From assembly GCA_951406725.2 (NCBI GenBank), contig OX597824.1, positions 558,001 to 622,000 on the forward strand: DNA of 64,000 bases, written 5' to 3'. Source of the DNA: Octopus vulgaris (Eukaryota). The notes under the pieces are model-generated. The model ran no database searches. It worked only from the letters and a program-made list of their open reading frames with translations, and was not told where the DNA came from. Below are positions 10,108-23,196 of the stretch, in pieces. Positions within the stretch are counted from its first letter, which is position 1. The number at the start of each line of letters is the position of its first letter. Both the position numbers and the translations under genes were made by a program.

Positions 10108-13100
10108 CTAAAAGAGAAAGAAAAAAGGAAAAGACGATTTAGGAGATAAAGATGTTGTGATGTTCATGCCTTTCCCACCCTGAACTAACAGATACTCTAT
10201 ATCAATACTGTAAGACAGCAAAATTGTTGTTTAACCCTAAATGAACCTGATCTAGCAGACCAAGCACCAAAAACATTCCAGCTATGGCCATCCCATCTAT
10301 CTTTTCGGGCTGTGCAAGATTATTTTCTGTAATGTTTCATTTCCTTTATTGAAGATGCTAGGATGTAGATCAGAGAAATCTGGCTGCTATTTCTAGTAGG
10401 GTGAAACGAGGAAGGACACTTCAGGTAATATCGTCCTAGAAACATCATGGTTTGAATATGTAGGATCATATACTCAATCAGGGAAGACATGGAAGGAAAT
10501 GGAAACAAGTGTAATACATTAATTAATTAATGTAATACATTAATCAATGCAGCTGTAAACAGCATCGATCTTAACACCACACTGCCTCATGTCGTGGCAG
10601 CATGGTCAAATAAGTTCCCTTTACTATCAACCCTAAGGTCTCAGGTCCAAGGGCAAGTGTTGTGTATGATAGCCTGGAAACCGGGTAGATAGAAACCGTT
10701 TGGAAAGATACAAGGGTGCATAGCCAGGGTGAGCTGCTACTTCCCTGCACCAAGATATCACAGCTTTGGCACAACGCACATTAGAATGTCAAAGGAAAGA
10801 AACCAAGACGGATGCTTTGTGCTAAGTCAACTGGCAGGAGGCCCACAAAATTTTTTTTCCACAAGAGTTCTGGACCTCAGTAACGAACTCATTTACATAT
10901 AGCCAATCAGAGCAGAGCCACCTTTATCCTTTCTAGTCAGTGCAGTGCATTCTTTACTCTTTCCCCTCTCTATTGGTAGACAGCAACTTCTGTCTAGGTT
11001 AATGTTGGTTTCTTTTTGTTATTGAGCATTGAGGTGGATGTGAAGTGTGCTAAAAATAACAGCTAAATAAGATTTTTTGGATAAATCTTTTAAATTAAAG
11101 TTTATTTGCAAACATCTCACTCAGAGATTTAAAACTGTTTTTCTCTTTTAAATTAACAGACATTTATTGACATGAAAGAAAATTACCAGAGAACTTTCAT
11201 CTAATTCTTTTAAATCATCATCATCATTTAATGTCTGCTTTTTATGCTGGTATGGGTTGGACGGTTTGACCGAGGACTGGTGAACCAGAGGCTGTATCAG
11301 GCTCAATCTGATCTGGCAAAGTTTCTACAGCTGGATTCCCTTCCTAATGCCAACCACTCCAAGAATGTAGTGGGTGCTTTTACATGCCACCAGCATGAGG
11401 GCCAGTAAGGCAGTTCTGGCAGTGATCATGCTCAAAGATGTTTTTACATGCTACTTGCATGGGAACCAGTCCTGCGGCACTGGCAATGACCACGCTATTT
11501 GTTAAAAATTGTAATGTGTTGTTTATCACATTAAATACTGGTGGTTGTAAGGTGTGCTAAAAATAACAGCTAAATAAGATTTATTTACATGAAATAAAAT
11601 TACCGGAGGCATAACATGTTTCCAAATATTCTTTTCAACTCAAGGCACAAAACTTTTGGGAAGGGGACCAGTTGATTAGATCAACCTCAGTATGCAACTG
11701 GTACTTAAATTTATCGACCCTGAAAGGATGAAAGGCAAAGTCGAGCTTGGCGGAGTGCTGTTTTCATAATATTGACAGCAGTGTATCTATAAACCCTTCA
11801 AGCAGCTTCCATACTTTCATATTCGTGCAAAACATTATCTTTGATTGCTATAGTAATTTAAACCTATCGCTAACGAGCGAATGAATTCAGCATCGATGAT
11901 TTTGGCATTTGAACGAGAGCACAATACAAGATTCGCATGGTAATCGGAGGTGGCCATTTGGAATGCCAACATTTGTTAACTTAACAAGGTGAAAGTGAGC
12001 TCTGACTGGCTGAATGCAGACGCGTACTTTACTGAGTTCCAGAACTCTCATGGGAAAAAAAAAAAAAAATTTGCAAGAGGCCCAGGGGTCAACAAATAAC
12101 AAGAGATGGTTGGATAATTTCCATAGTCTCAGTTGATCACGTTTGGGAAATTAACAGGAAAGTCTAATGACAGCTGCTTCTGATAGGACCCTCTTGCAGA
12201 AGGGCCTGAGGACTCTACTTCCAGAAGTGGAGATGGATGGATGAATTGCATTAAGGGTATATATGCCTGCAGAATACTCAGCCACTTATAAGCTGATTTA
12301 GTCAGAAGGTAGCTCAAGTGATTAAACAGCTGAATATTCTTCCTTTAATGTGATGGAGCTCCATCATAAAAGTATAAGGACCATGAAGAGGTTCCCTTGT
12401 TTACTTGTATACACAAAAGAGTTGTGCATGCAAGCTAACAAGATTGTATATACAAACAGAGTTTGACATAACAACATGTTTAGGCTGAGGAAAGGAATAT
12501 TCAACCAAATTCCAAAAATTGCTTTTTTCATCTCATATTTGACACTTCATCATCCTCCACAAATAAGAAAAAAAAAGGTTAGCCTACACTTCCACATTGA
12601 AATTTGGTAACAAAGAGGGACTGGCACAGAGAAATCTAAGTGCTGGTTTCAATATATCAACACTTATATACCGTGGTCAATATATTTGACCAAGCATTTA
12701 ATTATTAATTTTATGGTGATACAAATCTACAACCATCACCCAAAGTCAAGACAAAAAGACACCCCCTCCCACACCCACATATATATCAGCATCATTACTC
12801 ACAGTCCATTTCCCATGCTGGCATGGGTCGGACAGTTTGACAAGAGCTGGCAAGTCAAAAGACTGCGCCAAGTCTTACTGCATGTTTCGGCATGGTTTCT
12901 ATGGCTGGATGCCCTTCCTAACACCAACCGTAGAGTACACTGGGTGCTTTCTTCCCCATGTGGTGATATGCAAAAGCACCCAGCACCCTGTAAACTGGTT
13001 GGTGTTAGGAAGGACATCCAGCTGGGATCTCTTCAGTTTTGCTTACAGATATTTTAATTATTTTTTAACTAAACAATTTGAAACTTTGTATACAGCTGTA

Positions 13101-13336
13101 ATTTCTCACACTGACCATGGTTTACTTTCAACATTTTTAACAAAATTTCATATTTTAGAAATTATTTCGTGTTAAAGTTGTTGTATTTGGGTAATTTTAA
13201 CCCATTAATGGTGTGTATTCACCTGAAGAAAGCTGCTGCTGCTTACACAAGTAATCGAAGAGGAACAACTTCTGGCTCATCTCTAAATGTCACCATCCTG
13301 TTCCATTTTATTTTTGTTTACTGCCTGTGCTGCATA

Positions 13337-14627
13337 CGAGGGACGTTCAATAAATAATGCCCCTGACCCAGTTGCAATTGTTTGATCTAGCTGAAATTTT
13401 GCATGCGCAATTATTTATATCTCTATAGATTAAGTGGTAAATTACAGCTCTAAACTAATTGTGGTTTCTGATTTACAGGTGTTTGAACTGAGTCAAGTAT
13501 GAAATGGAGCCTCTTAAGTGTCGAGCAGTGATCCGGTTTTTGTATTTGAAAGGACGCACACCACGGGAGACTTTTGATGAAATGAAAGTAACTTATGGTG
13601 ATGATGCCCCATCATATGACCTTATAAAATGCTGGCATCGTAAATTCAAACATGGTCAGAACTCTGTGGAAACAGCTCCCAGATCTGGTCGCCCCCTTCT
13701 GCTATTGATGAGGCATCTGTCCGTCAAGTTGAGGCTGCCATTTTAGAAGATCGACGCATAACTATTTGTCAAATAGCCCATGAGGTCAAGATTAGTACCG
13801 GGTCTGTGGAAACTATCATTCATGACCATTTGCATATGCAAAAGGTGTCTGCCAGATGGATTCCCAGGTTGCTCACACCTTTCAAGAAGCAAAAACGTGT
13901 CGAGTGCTCGAGGATGAATTTGGAGATGTGCCAAGAAGATGAGTCAAAATTTTTCAAAAGACTGATTACACAGGATGAAACCTGGGTCCATCACTATGAT
14001 CCAGAGACCAAAGCCTAGTCAATGCAGTGGAAGCACAGTGACTCACCTCCTCCAAAGAAGGCAAGGGTGCAGCCCTCCGCTGGCAAGGTCATGCTCACAG
14101 TCTTCTGGGACCATGATGGAGTAGTGATGACAGATTTCCTGGCAAAGGGTACCACAATTACAGGAGCCTATTATGCTTCACTTTTGAAGAAATTAAGAGA
14201 AGCTGTCAAAATCAAGAGGCGGGGCAATATCAGCAAAGGCATCCTCCTCCTGCAGGACAACGCTCCGGTTCACAACTCGCGTGTTGCCAAATCAGAAGCA
14301 CAGGCATGCGGCTATGAACTCCTCTCCCATCTCCTTACTCTCCTGACCTTGCACCCTCTGAGTTTCACCTCTTCCCAGCCATGAAGTTGTTTTTGAAAGG
14401 AAAGCGTTTCCCAGATGATGCAGCTTTGATTTCTGAAGTCACGTCGTGGTTGGAGGACCAAGCTGAGGTCTTCTACAAAAACGGTCTCAAGAGCTGCATC
14501 AAACAATGGGAGAAATGCGTAACTCTGGGTGGTTCCTATGTAGAAAAAGACTAATAACTGTGCCAAGTTTTGTTGCTCAACTGCTATGGGACGTGGGTCA
14601 GGGGCATTACTTATTGAACGCCCCTCG
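13337..14627 (+). mobile_element. Full-length mariner DNA transposon (1291 bp)
   Basis: TIRs CGAGGGACGTTCAATAAATAATGCCCCTGACCCA / TGGGTCAGGGGCATTACTTATTGAACGCCCCTCG, flanked by TA on both sides. Confidence 0.95.
13504..14554 (+). pseudogene. Mariner transposase pseudogene
   Basis: Motifs WIPRLL, ITQDETWVHHYDP, LLQDNAPVH, YSPDLAPS. Frameshifts near 13695 and 14330 and a TAG at 14016-14018. Confidence 0.92.
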
Positions 14628-15424
14628 TATTACACTCCTTAGCTTTTTTTATTGCGTTTTGATTGCCTCTTTGCACAAGTGGTAAAAGTGCAAATGTATA
14701 AAGAGGCAATTGAAAAGCAAACAAAGAGTGTAGTATGCAACACAGGCAGTAAACAAAAATAAAATAGAACAGAGTGGTAACATTTAGTAGAGATGGCCCG
14801 GAAGATGTTCTTCGATTACTTTAGCAAACAGCAGCAGCTTTCTTCAGTTGATTACACATCATTGATTGGTCAAAATTACCCAAATACAACAACTTTAACA
14901 TGAAATAACTTCTAAAACACGAAATTTTGTCAAAAGTGTTGAAAGCAAACATGTTCAGCATGAGAAATTACACCAATATACAAAGTTTAAAACTGTTTAG
15001 TTAAAAAAATAGTAATTTTAAAATCTGTGAGCAAAACTGAAGAGGAACTCCAGCTGTAGAAACTATGCCAAATCAGACGGGAACCTGGTACCAGCATGGT
15101 CAATGGACATTAAATGATGATATATATATCATTACCACCATCATTTAATGCCCGTTTTCCATGCTGGCATGGGTTGGACGGTTCGACAGGTCTGGAAAGC
15201 CAGGAGGCTGCACCAGGCTCTAGTCTGATCTGGCAGTGTTTCTACAGCTGGTTACCCTTCCTAATGCCAAACACTCCGAGAGTGTAGTGGCTACTTTTTT
15301 TATGTACCACTGGCACAGGAGCCAGTCAAGGCAGAGCTGGCATTGACCACGTTCAGATGGTGCTATTATATATATATAATAATAATAATAATATTAATAA
15401 CAACAATACCAGGATGGAATTTAC

Positions 15425-16223
15425 AAATGTTTAATACATCACTATCTACATTTCCACCGATCAGATACTTTTGACATCAGAGTCAGTATTATCCGTGGGC
15501 ATCATCAGCAGTCAAATTCACCAGGCAATACTGAATAAATGGATGAACTACAGAGGGAAGATTATCACTTCTTGCCAGTATGAAGGGCAATCCAGCTATG
15601 TGGGTTTTTCTGTATGTAATTGGTAGGGAGGTAGGTGTAGGTGTTGGAATTATTTGCTATTCATTCTGCAGATTTAAGGATTGTAGTCTATCTCTTTGTT
15701 CTATTTCATTCAAGAAAGGGACTCTCCCTCAATAAATTCTGAACCCAACAGGTGGTCAGCTGTTATATTATCACCATAAGAAGGGTGGTATTAATCAATG
15801 TAGTGAACAAACCCTACTTTTATAGCAGCTGACCACCTGTTAAGTTCAGAATTCATTGAGGGAGAGTCAGGTTTTGAACAAAGATATAAACTACAATCAG
15901 TAAATCTGCTGAATGAATCAATGACCATCTTTAAAATCAGCAGATTGAATAGCAAATACCCCACCCCCCAATATTACTCCCATCACCTACCACCCCCTAC
16001 TAATTACATACAGAAATACTCAGAGCTAGATTGGCCTTCATACTGGTAAGAAGGGATAAGCATCCTTCTGTGATTCATCTAATTATACAGTATCGCCTGA
16101 TGAAATGGCTCAATGATGATTCCCATGGATAGTATGAACTATACTGTACTAATCTCAAGGATACCGACTGATGTCAAAATCGTCTGATCTGTGGAAACGT
16201 GTGTAGTGATGTATTAAATATTT
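15425..16223. repeat. ~800-bp imperfect palindrome with hammerhead-like motifs near both outer ends
   Basis: tttaatacatcacta / tagtgatgtattaaa; ccagtatgaagggcaatc / gattggccttcatactgg; caggtggtcagctg / cagctgaccacctg; centre near 15790. Confidence 0.75.
16092..16210 (+). ncRNA. Hammerhead motif with ~90-nt stem II region
   Basis: ATCGC-CTGATGA…GAAA-C(GTGT)G-TA^GTGAT. A degenerate mirror copy lies in the other arm of the palindrome (~15437-15530, minus). Confidence 0.5.
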
Positions 16224-16291
16224 ATCCCACATTATATCAGTATAGCCATGATGCAACACCGAAAATCTGACTCACTAGTCAGTAACATTAA

Positions 16292-16506
16292 CCCTTTCGT
16301 TACTGTATTTATTTTGAGATGTTCTGTGTTTCTTTCAATTAATTTTAAATATAACAAAGAATTTAGTAAAATAACTTAGTTATCATTAAGCTAGTATTAG
16401 GAATATAAATTGCGACTAAGGTTTGGTGGAAGATTTTAATTCAAAACTTATGAAAACAAGACATTTGTACTCAGAGCCAGTTTCAGTTGAGTTATTCACG
16501 AAAGGG
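16292..16506. mobile_element. piggyBac-type MITE
   Basis: TTAA|CCCTTTCGT…ACGAAAGGG|TTAA. Same termini as 35718-36748; degenerate relative near 60940-61158. Confidence 0.85.
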
Positions 16507-19500
16507 TTAAACGGTAGCCAACAAAATGAAATGGAAGATTTATTTGCATAACCCTAATGCTACCTAAACAAATTTAAAAGATATCATCATCATTTAACAT
16601 CTGTTCTCTATGCTAGCATGGGTTGGACGGTTCGACCAGGGATCTGGGAAGCCAGAAGGCTGCACCTGGCTCCAGTCTGATCTGGAAGTGTTTCTATATA
16701 TATATATAAGACACAGGCAGAGCTGGGTGTAAGACCTTTAATCATTAATTAACGAAGTTAACATTTTTGTTAAGGATTTAATTTTTAAGTTAACTTTGAT
16801 AATCATTATCGGACTAATAATGCCACTTATCATAAATAACTTGCAGGACCTCATTTGGCCCTTCCTGGATTTGAAACCAAATCCACCTAGTTGTTACTTG
16901 CAAAGACAGCAGGAAATTTCTTTGTCCTGTCAAGAGAGACTGCAAACAAATAAGCATTACATCTGACAGATTAATATGAACAATAAAGATGTTTTTAGGT
17001 GCTTTTTCTTACACACACACATAACATGGCCTTGCTTGGTTGGGACTACACGTGTGTTACTTTGACATTATCATTCCATAAAATTTGTTTTGGGGAGAAA
17101 AATATTGAAAAATATCAATAGATGTGACAACAGCCAGATCCCCCTTAAATCACACATTTTCCTCTGAAATTATTAACAATTTTCTTTTAACCCAAAAATG
17201 TTTCTCTCACAGGTTTTAAGTGCATAGTGTAAAAAAAAAAAAAAAAAGGCCAAAATCATTTCAGAGTTGGGTGGTGTGAGTGAATAAAATAAATTTTCAA
17301 AATTTTCTTTCTTTTTATTCATGAAAAGATGCGTCCCATCATTCTGAAGACTTTGGTGAAAAATACTGGAAAAAATCCCTGTCAAAACAGAAATTCCAGC
17401 TTATGTAGACCGTCAGATCTGAAACTCCTCTCTCAGTCCCCTTCCAAAAGGTATCTGTATAAAATTCCATTAAAAAATACCTATTTTCCAGAAAGTTACA
17501 AGGGGGAAAATGTCGGGTTCTGTGAATTTTCTGAAACTCCTCTCCCCAACCTCTTGGAAAAACTTTCCAATAAATCTTCACATACACTCAATCTACAAGA
17601 TATAAGCGATTAATTGGTGAAGGTTTTGTGAAAACATATCCATTATTCTGAAGTTATTAGGCAACGAAATCGGTGGGGCATTAAACTGTAGTTATGGCTT
17701 TTTTCAATAAAAGTTAACGTTAACTTCCGTTATATTTTCAAAGAATTAACTTTTCAACTAACAGTGACCACCCCTGCATATACGTATTTCTCAGGGAGGT
17801 TTAGCATGAGAGAAAGTAACAAGGCTGGCTGGCCCTTTGAAATACAGGTACAACTCATTTTTGCCAGCTGAGTGGACTGGAGCAACGTGGAATAAAGGGT
17901 CTTGCTCAAGGACACACACACACACACATATACCTATGCACATGTATGATGGACTTGTTTCAGTTTCAGTCTGCCAAATCCACTTCTGACGTTTGGGTTA
18001 GCTTGGGACAATAGAAGAAACAACTGGCCCAGGGTGCTGCACAGTTAGAGACTGAGCTTGAAACCACATAGCGGGGCCAAAAGTTCATTAACCGCATGGC
18101 TACGCCAGCACCTGTTTTACACACAGGTGGGTGAGCAAATGCTTCTGTTTACACCTACACTTGCTCCTACTATAACCACAACATTCAAGCTTTTTTTTTG
18201 TGGATATTTTGGTCAATAAACTGTCCACTCGCTGAGTTGAACAAGAAATCCCTGATTTGCAAAGTAAGGGTCAGTGTTAGAAAATGGCTCTGACTGTAAT
18301 GTAAAACAATGCCACAATAACAATTTCATCTCCTATATATACAGCAAGCTTCTTTCTGTCTCCCAAATCAATTCACAAGGCTGTGGTGGGCCAGGGTTTT
18401 TTGTAGAAGCAAGGTACCATGCAGTGGGGCTGAACCCCAAAACCATGTCGTTGGGAAGCAAACTTCTTAGTCACAGAACTGTTTACACCTTTATAAGATT
18501 GAAAAATATACAAAATTAAAAATTAGCAATAAGTTCAATATGGTAAATGTAACACCACCCATGATGACACAGCAAAGAGGCCACTATGTAGTTACTTGGT
18601 CTGCTAAAAATAGTAGCCAAAGCTCCGTCAATGCTTTCTTAAAAGACAATGAACAATATAGTCCCAGATATACAAAAAAGATGGAATGGCCATGGTAGGA
18701 TTGACTTTAATGACAGGTTTGCTCACCAGGGGTTAAATAACAACTCTCTTTTACACAGTTCCAAGAATTTTACAATTAAGGTTTTCTTAAGTAGACAAGA
18801 TTATTTGAACAATATGGAAGAGGAAAAGCACATTGTGGTATTCATGCCTTGCCTCAAAACAATACAAGTGAACCGAAGCAGCTACAACCAAGAATTGAAA
18901 TCCAGTTATAAAAGCAAACATCATTTGCTATGAACTAACAGAGGCTGCATTCAATTATTTTCCCTCTCCAAAGAAGGATGGGTGGTGCTCTACTTTTCGA
19001 GAAGCACCAATATTAAATAAATCAAATTCTCTTTTACTCTATAATACATATCTTCTTTCCCCACTAAATAGCAGGCATAGCATCCTGGCTTCTCTAAGCA
19101 GATATTATTTTAACACAACATCAGAGAAAACACAAGAGGATTTGAAGCATAAATATTTTATATTTTTTTTTATAGTTTTTGATTGGGAAGCTGCAGAAAT
19201 GAATAACAAAATTCCTGAATAAAACCTTGGGCAAATTCTAGTTTAATTTATTTTGAATTGCTTCACACTCTTCTTGTTCCTAAACCATTTTCTTTTCAGC
19301 CTTTCCACCTCACTGTATGCTATTTACTATAAATAAATAGCTATCATATTTTATTTTATAGTCATTATATAACTATTATTATTATTTTTATATTCGGTCT
19401 TGCTTCAGAGGAAGTAGCAATTATGTTGATTATTGTGAAAGGAATTACTAAGATATACGATATCTTAAAAACCAGCTGTGGTAACCGAACTTATTCTTGA

Positions 19501-19550
19501 AGAGTAAGCATCTACTGTAAAAAAAAAGTATGTTAGAATTATACAAACAT

Positions 19551-19585
<35 letters not shown>

Positions 19586-20090
19586 GGAACAGAAAAACAA
19601 AACAAAAAAAAAAGGAACAATTCGTATCATGAGGGGAAAACCAGCACTTTTATGAAAAGGGTGACTAAAAAAAAACTGCCATCTGCATAAATACTTTGTA
19701 ACTAAAATTAGAATTATGGCTGGTGTTAGGCCCTAGGTAATTCCTGATCTAGATCAGGAATGTCATGTGTCCTTTTATTTTTTAAAAACAATAGGATGTA
19801 TTTTAAGAGCTTTTTGACTGCTACTTTTAGCATGTTGAGTAACCTACATAAGAGACTCAATAGTTAAGGAGGGTGGCGGATTAGTAAAAATGGTTGAGTG
19901 GCAAATAAACTGCTTTGTGGCATATAATTTTGTTCTTTTACATTCTAACTAAGTCCCCACCCCTAATCAGGTTCAAGTCTACATTCCAGCCTTCTGGTGG
20001 GAGGAGAGAGACTTGATTAAGACACCAGTTGTGTATTTCAACAATGCCTCAGAAGGAGATCAACATTTGAGTTGAAGCAAATTGTGTAGG

Positions 20091-20722
20091 GATGAGGAGA
20101 GCTGTGTGAAAAAGTGTCCCACCCTAGCAGTTGAGGGAACCTGTGGAAGAGGTAGACCCATGAAGACATGGGATAAGGTGGTAAAGCATGACCTTTGAAT
20201 GTTGGGCCTCACAGAGGTGATGACAAGTGACTGAGACCATTGGAGATATGCTGTGCTTGAGAAGACCCGGTAAGCCAAGTGAGACCATAACTAGTCCCTT
20301 TAAGAGTACCCTTCAATCATTGGGCAATAAACTGTACTTGAGAATACCTGTTGAGTCAAGTGAAATCATTATCGTGGCTGATGCCAGTACCTCCTGACTG
20401 GCACCCGTGCCAGTGGCACGTAAAATGCACCATTTGAGTGTGGTTGATGCCAGTGCCGCCTCACTGGTCCTGTGCCAGTGGAACCTAAAAAAGCACTATT
20501 TAAGTGTGGCTGTTGCCTGGGCTGCTTCACTGGCCCTCGTGCCAGTCGCACGTAAAAAGCACCTACTACACTCTCTGAGTGGTTGGCGTTAAGGGAATCC
20601 AGCTGTAGAAAACTTGCCAGATCAGATTGGAGCCTGGTGTAGCCTTCTGGCTAGCCAGTCCACAGTCAAACTGTCCACCCCATGCCAGCATGAAAAGAGG
20701 ACATTAAATGATGATGATGATG
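20091..20722 (+). mobile_element. RTE-clade LINE 3' end (ORF C-terminus + 3' UTR + (GAT)n tail)
   Basis: VEGTCGRGRPMKTWDKVVKHDL*…DHWRYAV is the RTE-type GRP..W…DR..WR C-terminus, ending TAA at 20273. Followed by ~60-bp repeats and the common tail. Confidence 0.85.
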
Positions 20723-22361
20723 TAAAATGTTGAATAAAAATCATTGTTTTCATGGCTCCAATTAATGTTGGTATGGGTTGGACAGATTCTCATCATCTAG
20801 GTCAGTTCTTATTCAGAATTACAGCATTCCAAAGTCGGAGGACCAAGCTCCACTTGAATGTTCCACTTTTGGCATCTTTTTGTAGCTGTGTCCTTCCTGA
20901 CACCAACCATCTTGCAGTGTGCATTTTATTGTGACACCAGCACTAGAGAGGTGGTGAAATCCTTTACATGATTGAAGAGGACTATTAACCTTAAAACTGA
21001 TTGCATTTGATCACTAGCAATTTTAAAGAACATACTTAGTGCATTTTATATCCTTGCGTAGATCAGACAGAATGTGTTGAGGTAGATTTTGTATGGCCAG
21101 ATGCCCTTTCCAAGTAACGTGATATTCCTTCATGACTGGACAGGTTTACATTGATGACTCAAAATTAATGACACCCATTTGTTAATACCATGCAACTGGC
21201 CTCTTTCAGTTTCTGCCTACCAAATCCACTCGCAAGGCTTTGGTTGGCCCAAGGCTATGGTAAAAGCTGCCCAAGGTACCAGGCAACGGGACAAAAGTCA
21301 GATTGTTGAGAAATTGACGAAATCAGTTGATGAGAGAATATTTAAAGTTTAAAGATCTTAAAGGAGGCGTATATAAAGATGTAAAATATATATTCATGAT
21401 TGTTTGCAAATATGGTGGAAGATATATGTATATATTAATGGTCTGGTTATGGATTGTTCTATATGTGAATCACATTACATGTAGTTCATATAATACTAGC
21501 AAACGCATCGGTCTTTTGGATGGTTTAAGTTGCTTTGGTGGTATTTTTTCATCAAATAATTGAACTCCCGAGGTTTATGAGTAGCACAGCAATCTATGTT
21601 TCTGATTAACGTAGAAATGGAAAGTGAAATTGAAGGCCGGTTATTGTGGAGGAGGTCGTTGCACTTTAATGATCATTGAACATATAAGTTTGCAAGCGAT
21701 GCAAAGTGGAGCTGCTGAAGTGTTTTGGGAGTAGATTATGGATAATGACTACAAAATACAGTTGTTTTACATGAAAGCGAAATTTCTTGTCAGAAACAGC
21801 CACATAATTGGTATAAGGAAATTTATGAAGATGTTGAAACTTCCCTCTGCAAATTTATTTTTTTCAACAGCAAAGGGAGCTATTTTTTCAGAGAGATAAG
21901 CTAACAAAACCCCTTTTATTCTGTCTTCCCACATACCCTGCACATAAACTAACAGCGAATGATGCATAAAGTTAAACTGGTATGGAGCTTTCTGAAAGAT
22001 ATGTATAGCTTTCGCTAGTGGAAGCAAAACTCTTATTTAAAGGGTCTTTGGGACAGATATGTGACTGTTTAAAAAAAGCTAGAATGACAATGCTAAAATG
22101 TATTTCAAACAATGGACAACAGTTGAAGTATCGATGTGGATGGGTGGGTAGATAAGCATCTTAAAGTGAAACGACAGGTTGGTAGGTAAACAAAGGTATC
22201 AACAAATAGAAGAGAGGGAAGGGAACATCACCTTTCAAGTATCTCAGAATAGGTAAAGGTAAGCTAGCCAAAGCTTAATGCAGTTTAAATATGGAGACCA
22301 AGAATGTTTTCTATTGGATATTCATCGCATAGTGTTCCTAGTCAATATAATCACCGTGGCA

Positions 22362-22795
22362 GGTGGACAGTCGAAATAAATAGACAAAATCCTTTCACTT
22401 TTAAAAAAAGAATAAGAACTATGGAAGACTCTACATACAAAAAAGTTATGTCTATTTAGGTCCATTTACGTGAGAGCACTGGGCAAAATGTTCAGTACAT
22501 GACCATCCTTGGGACATAAGTAATGTGTGTGTAAAGTTTGGTGAAAATCAGTTGAGAATTGTGGAAATGTACGTGTTCAGTGCTCTTAGTTAATTTAATC
22601 ACCTTTGCTGGTGGACATTGGAAATAGACAAAATCCTTTCACTTTTATAAAAAGATTAAAAAAGTAAGGAAGACCCTACATACAAAAAAAAGAACCATGT
22701 CCATCCTTGGGACATAAGTAACATGTGTATAAAGCTTGGTGAAAATCGGCTGAGAATTGTGGAAATGTATGCGTTAGTCATCATACACGTACATA
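22362..22795. repeat. Partially tandem-duplicated repeat, possibly a non-autonomous Helitron/Helentron derivative
   Basis: atagacaaaatcctttcactttta and ccatccttgggacataagtaa…tttggtgaaaatc.g.tgagaattgtggaaatgta each occur twice. Class assignment is weak. Confidence 0.45.
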
Positions 22796-22922
22796 CTGTG
22801 ATTTACATATACTAAATTAGTTAACTTGCATAATAAAAAGAAACACTCTATAAAAGCTAAGCTCTTCAGATTACATTAGAGGTGAATTTCATCCTTAGCA
22901 CCACCATCATCATTTAATGTCT

Positions 22923-23196
22923 GGCATTCTTTTGATATAACTCAACAAAATCAAAACATTTCACTTTGGGTATTTCCGTGGGTTGTGGCGTATAGGATAT
23001 AACGAAATTATGCCAGCAATGTCTCGTTTTAAACTTGAAGAAAAAAGGCCTTACACATTTGTTCTTACCTGTTTCAGGTGTGTATGTAAAATCCGCAAAT
23101 TTCCAAGCAGAAAACAGAATCAAACTATCATTTGCTTCCATGGAAATAGCCGAAGTGAAATGTTTTGATTTTGTCAAGTTATATCGAAAGAATGCC
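22923..23196. mobile_element. MITE with ~60-bp TIRs inserted into an RTE tail
   Basis: ggcattcttttgatataactcaacaaaatcaaaacatttcactt / aagtgaaatgttttgattttgtcaagttatatcgaaagaatgcc. atgtct is repeated on both flanks. Confidence 0.7.

Larger units (their letters stand above)
13025..15048. mobile_element. Foldback MITE (~730 bp without the insert) with 8-bp TSD, interrupted by a mariner
   Basis: Arms ctcttcagttttgcttacagat… / …atctgtgagcaaaactgaagag. TCCAGCTG duplicated at 13017-13024 and 15049-15056, splitting an RTE tail. Confidence 0.8.
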
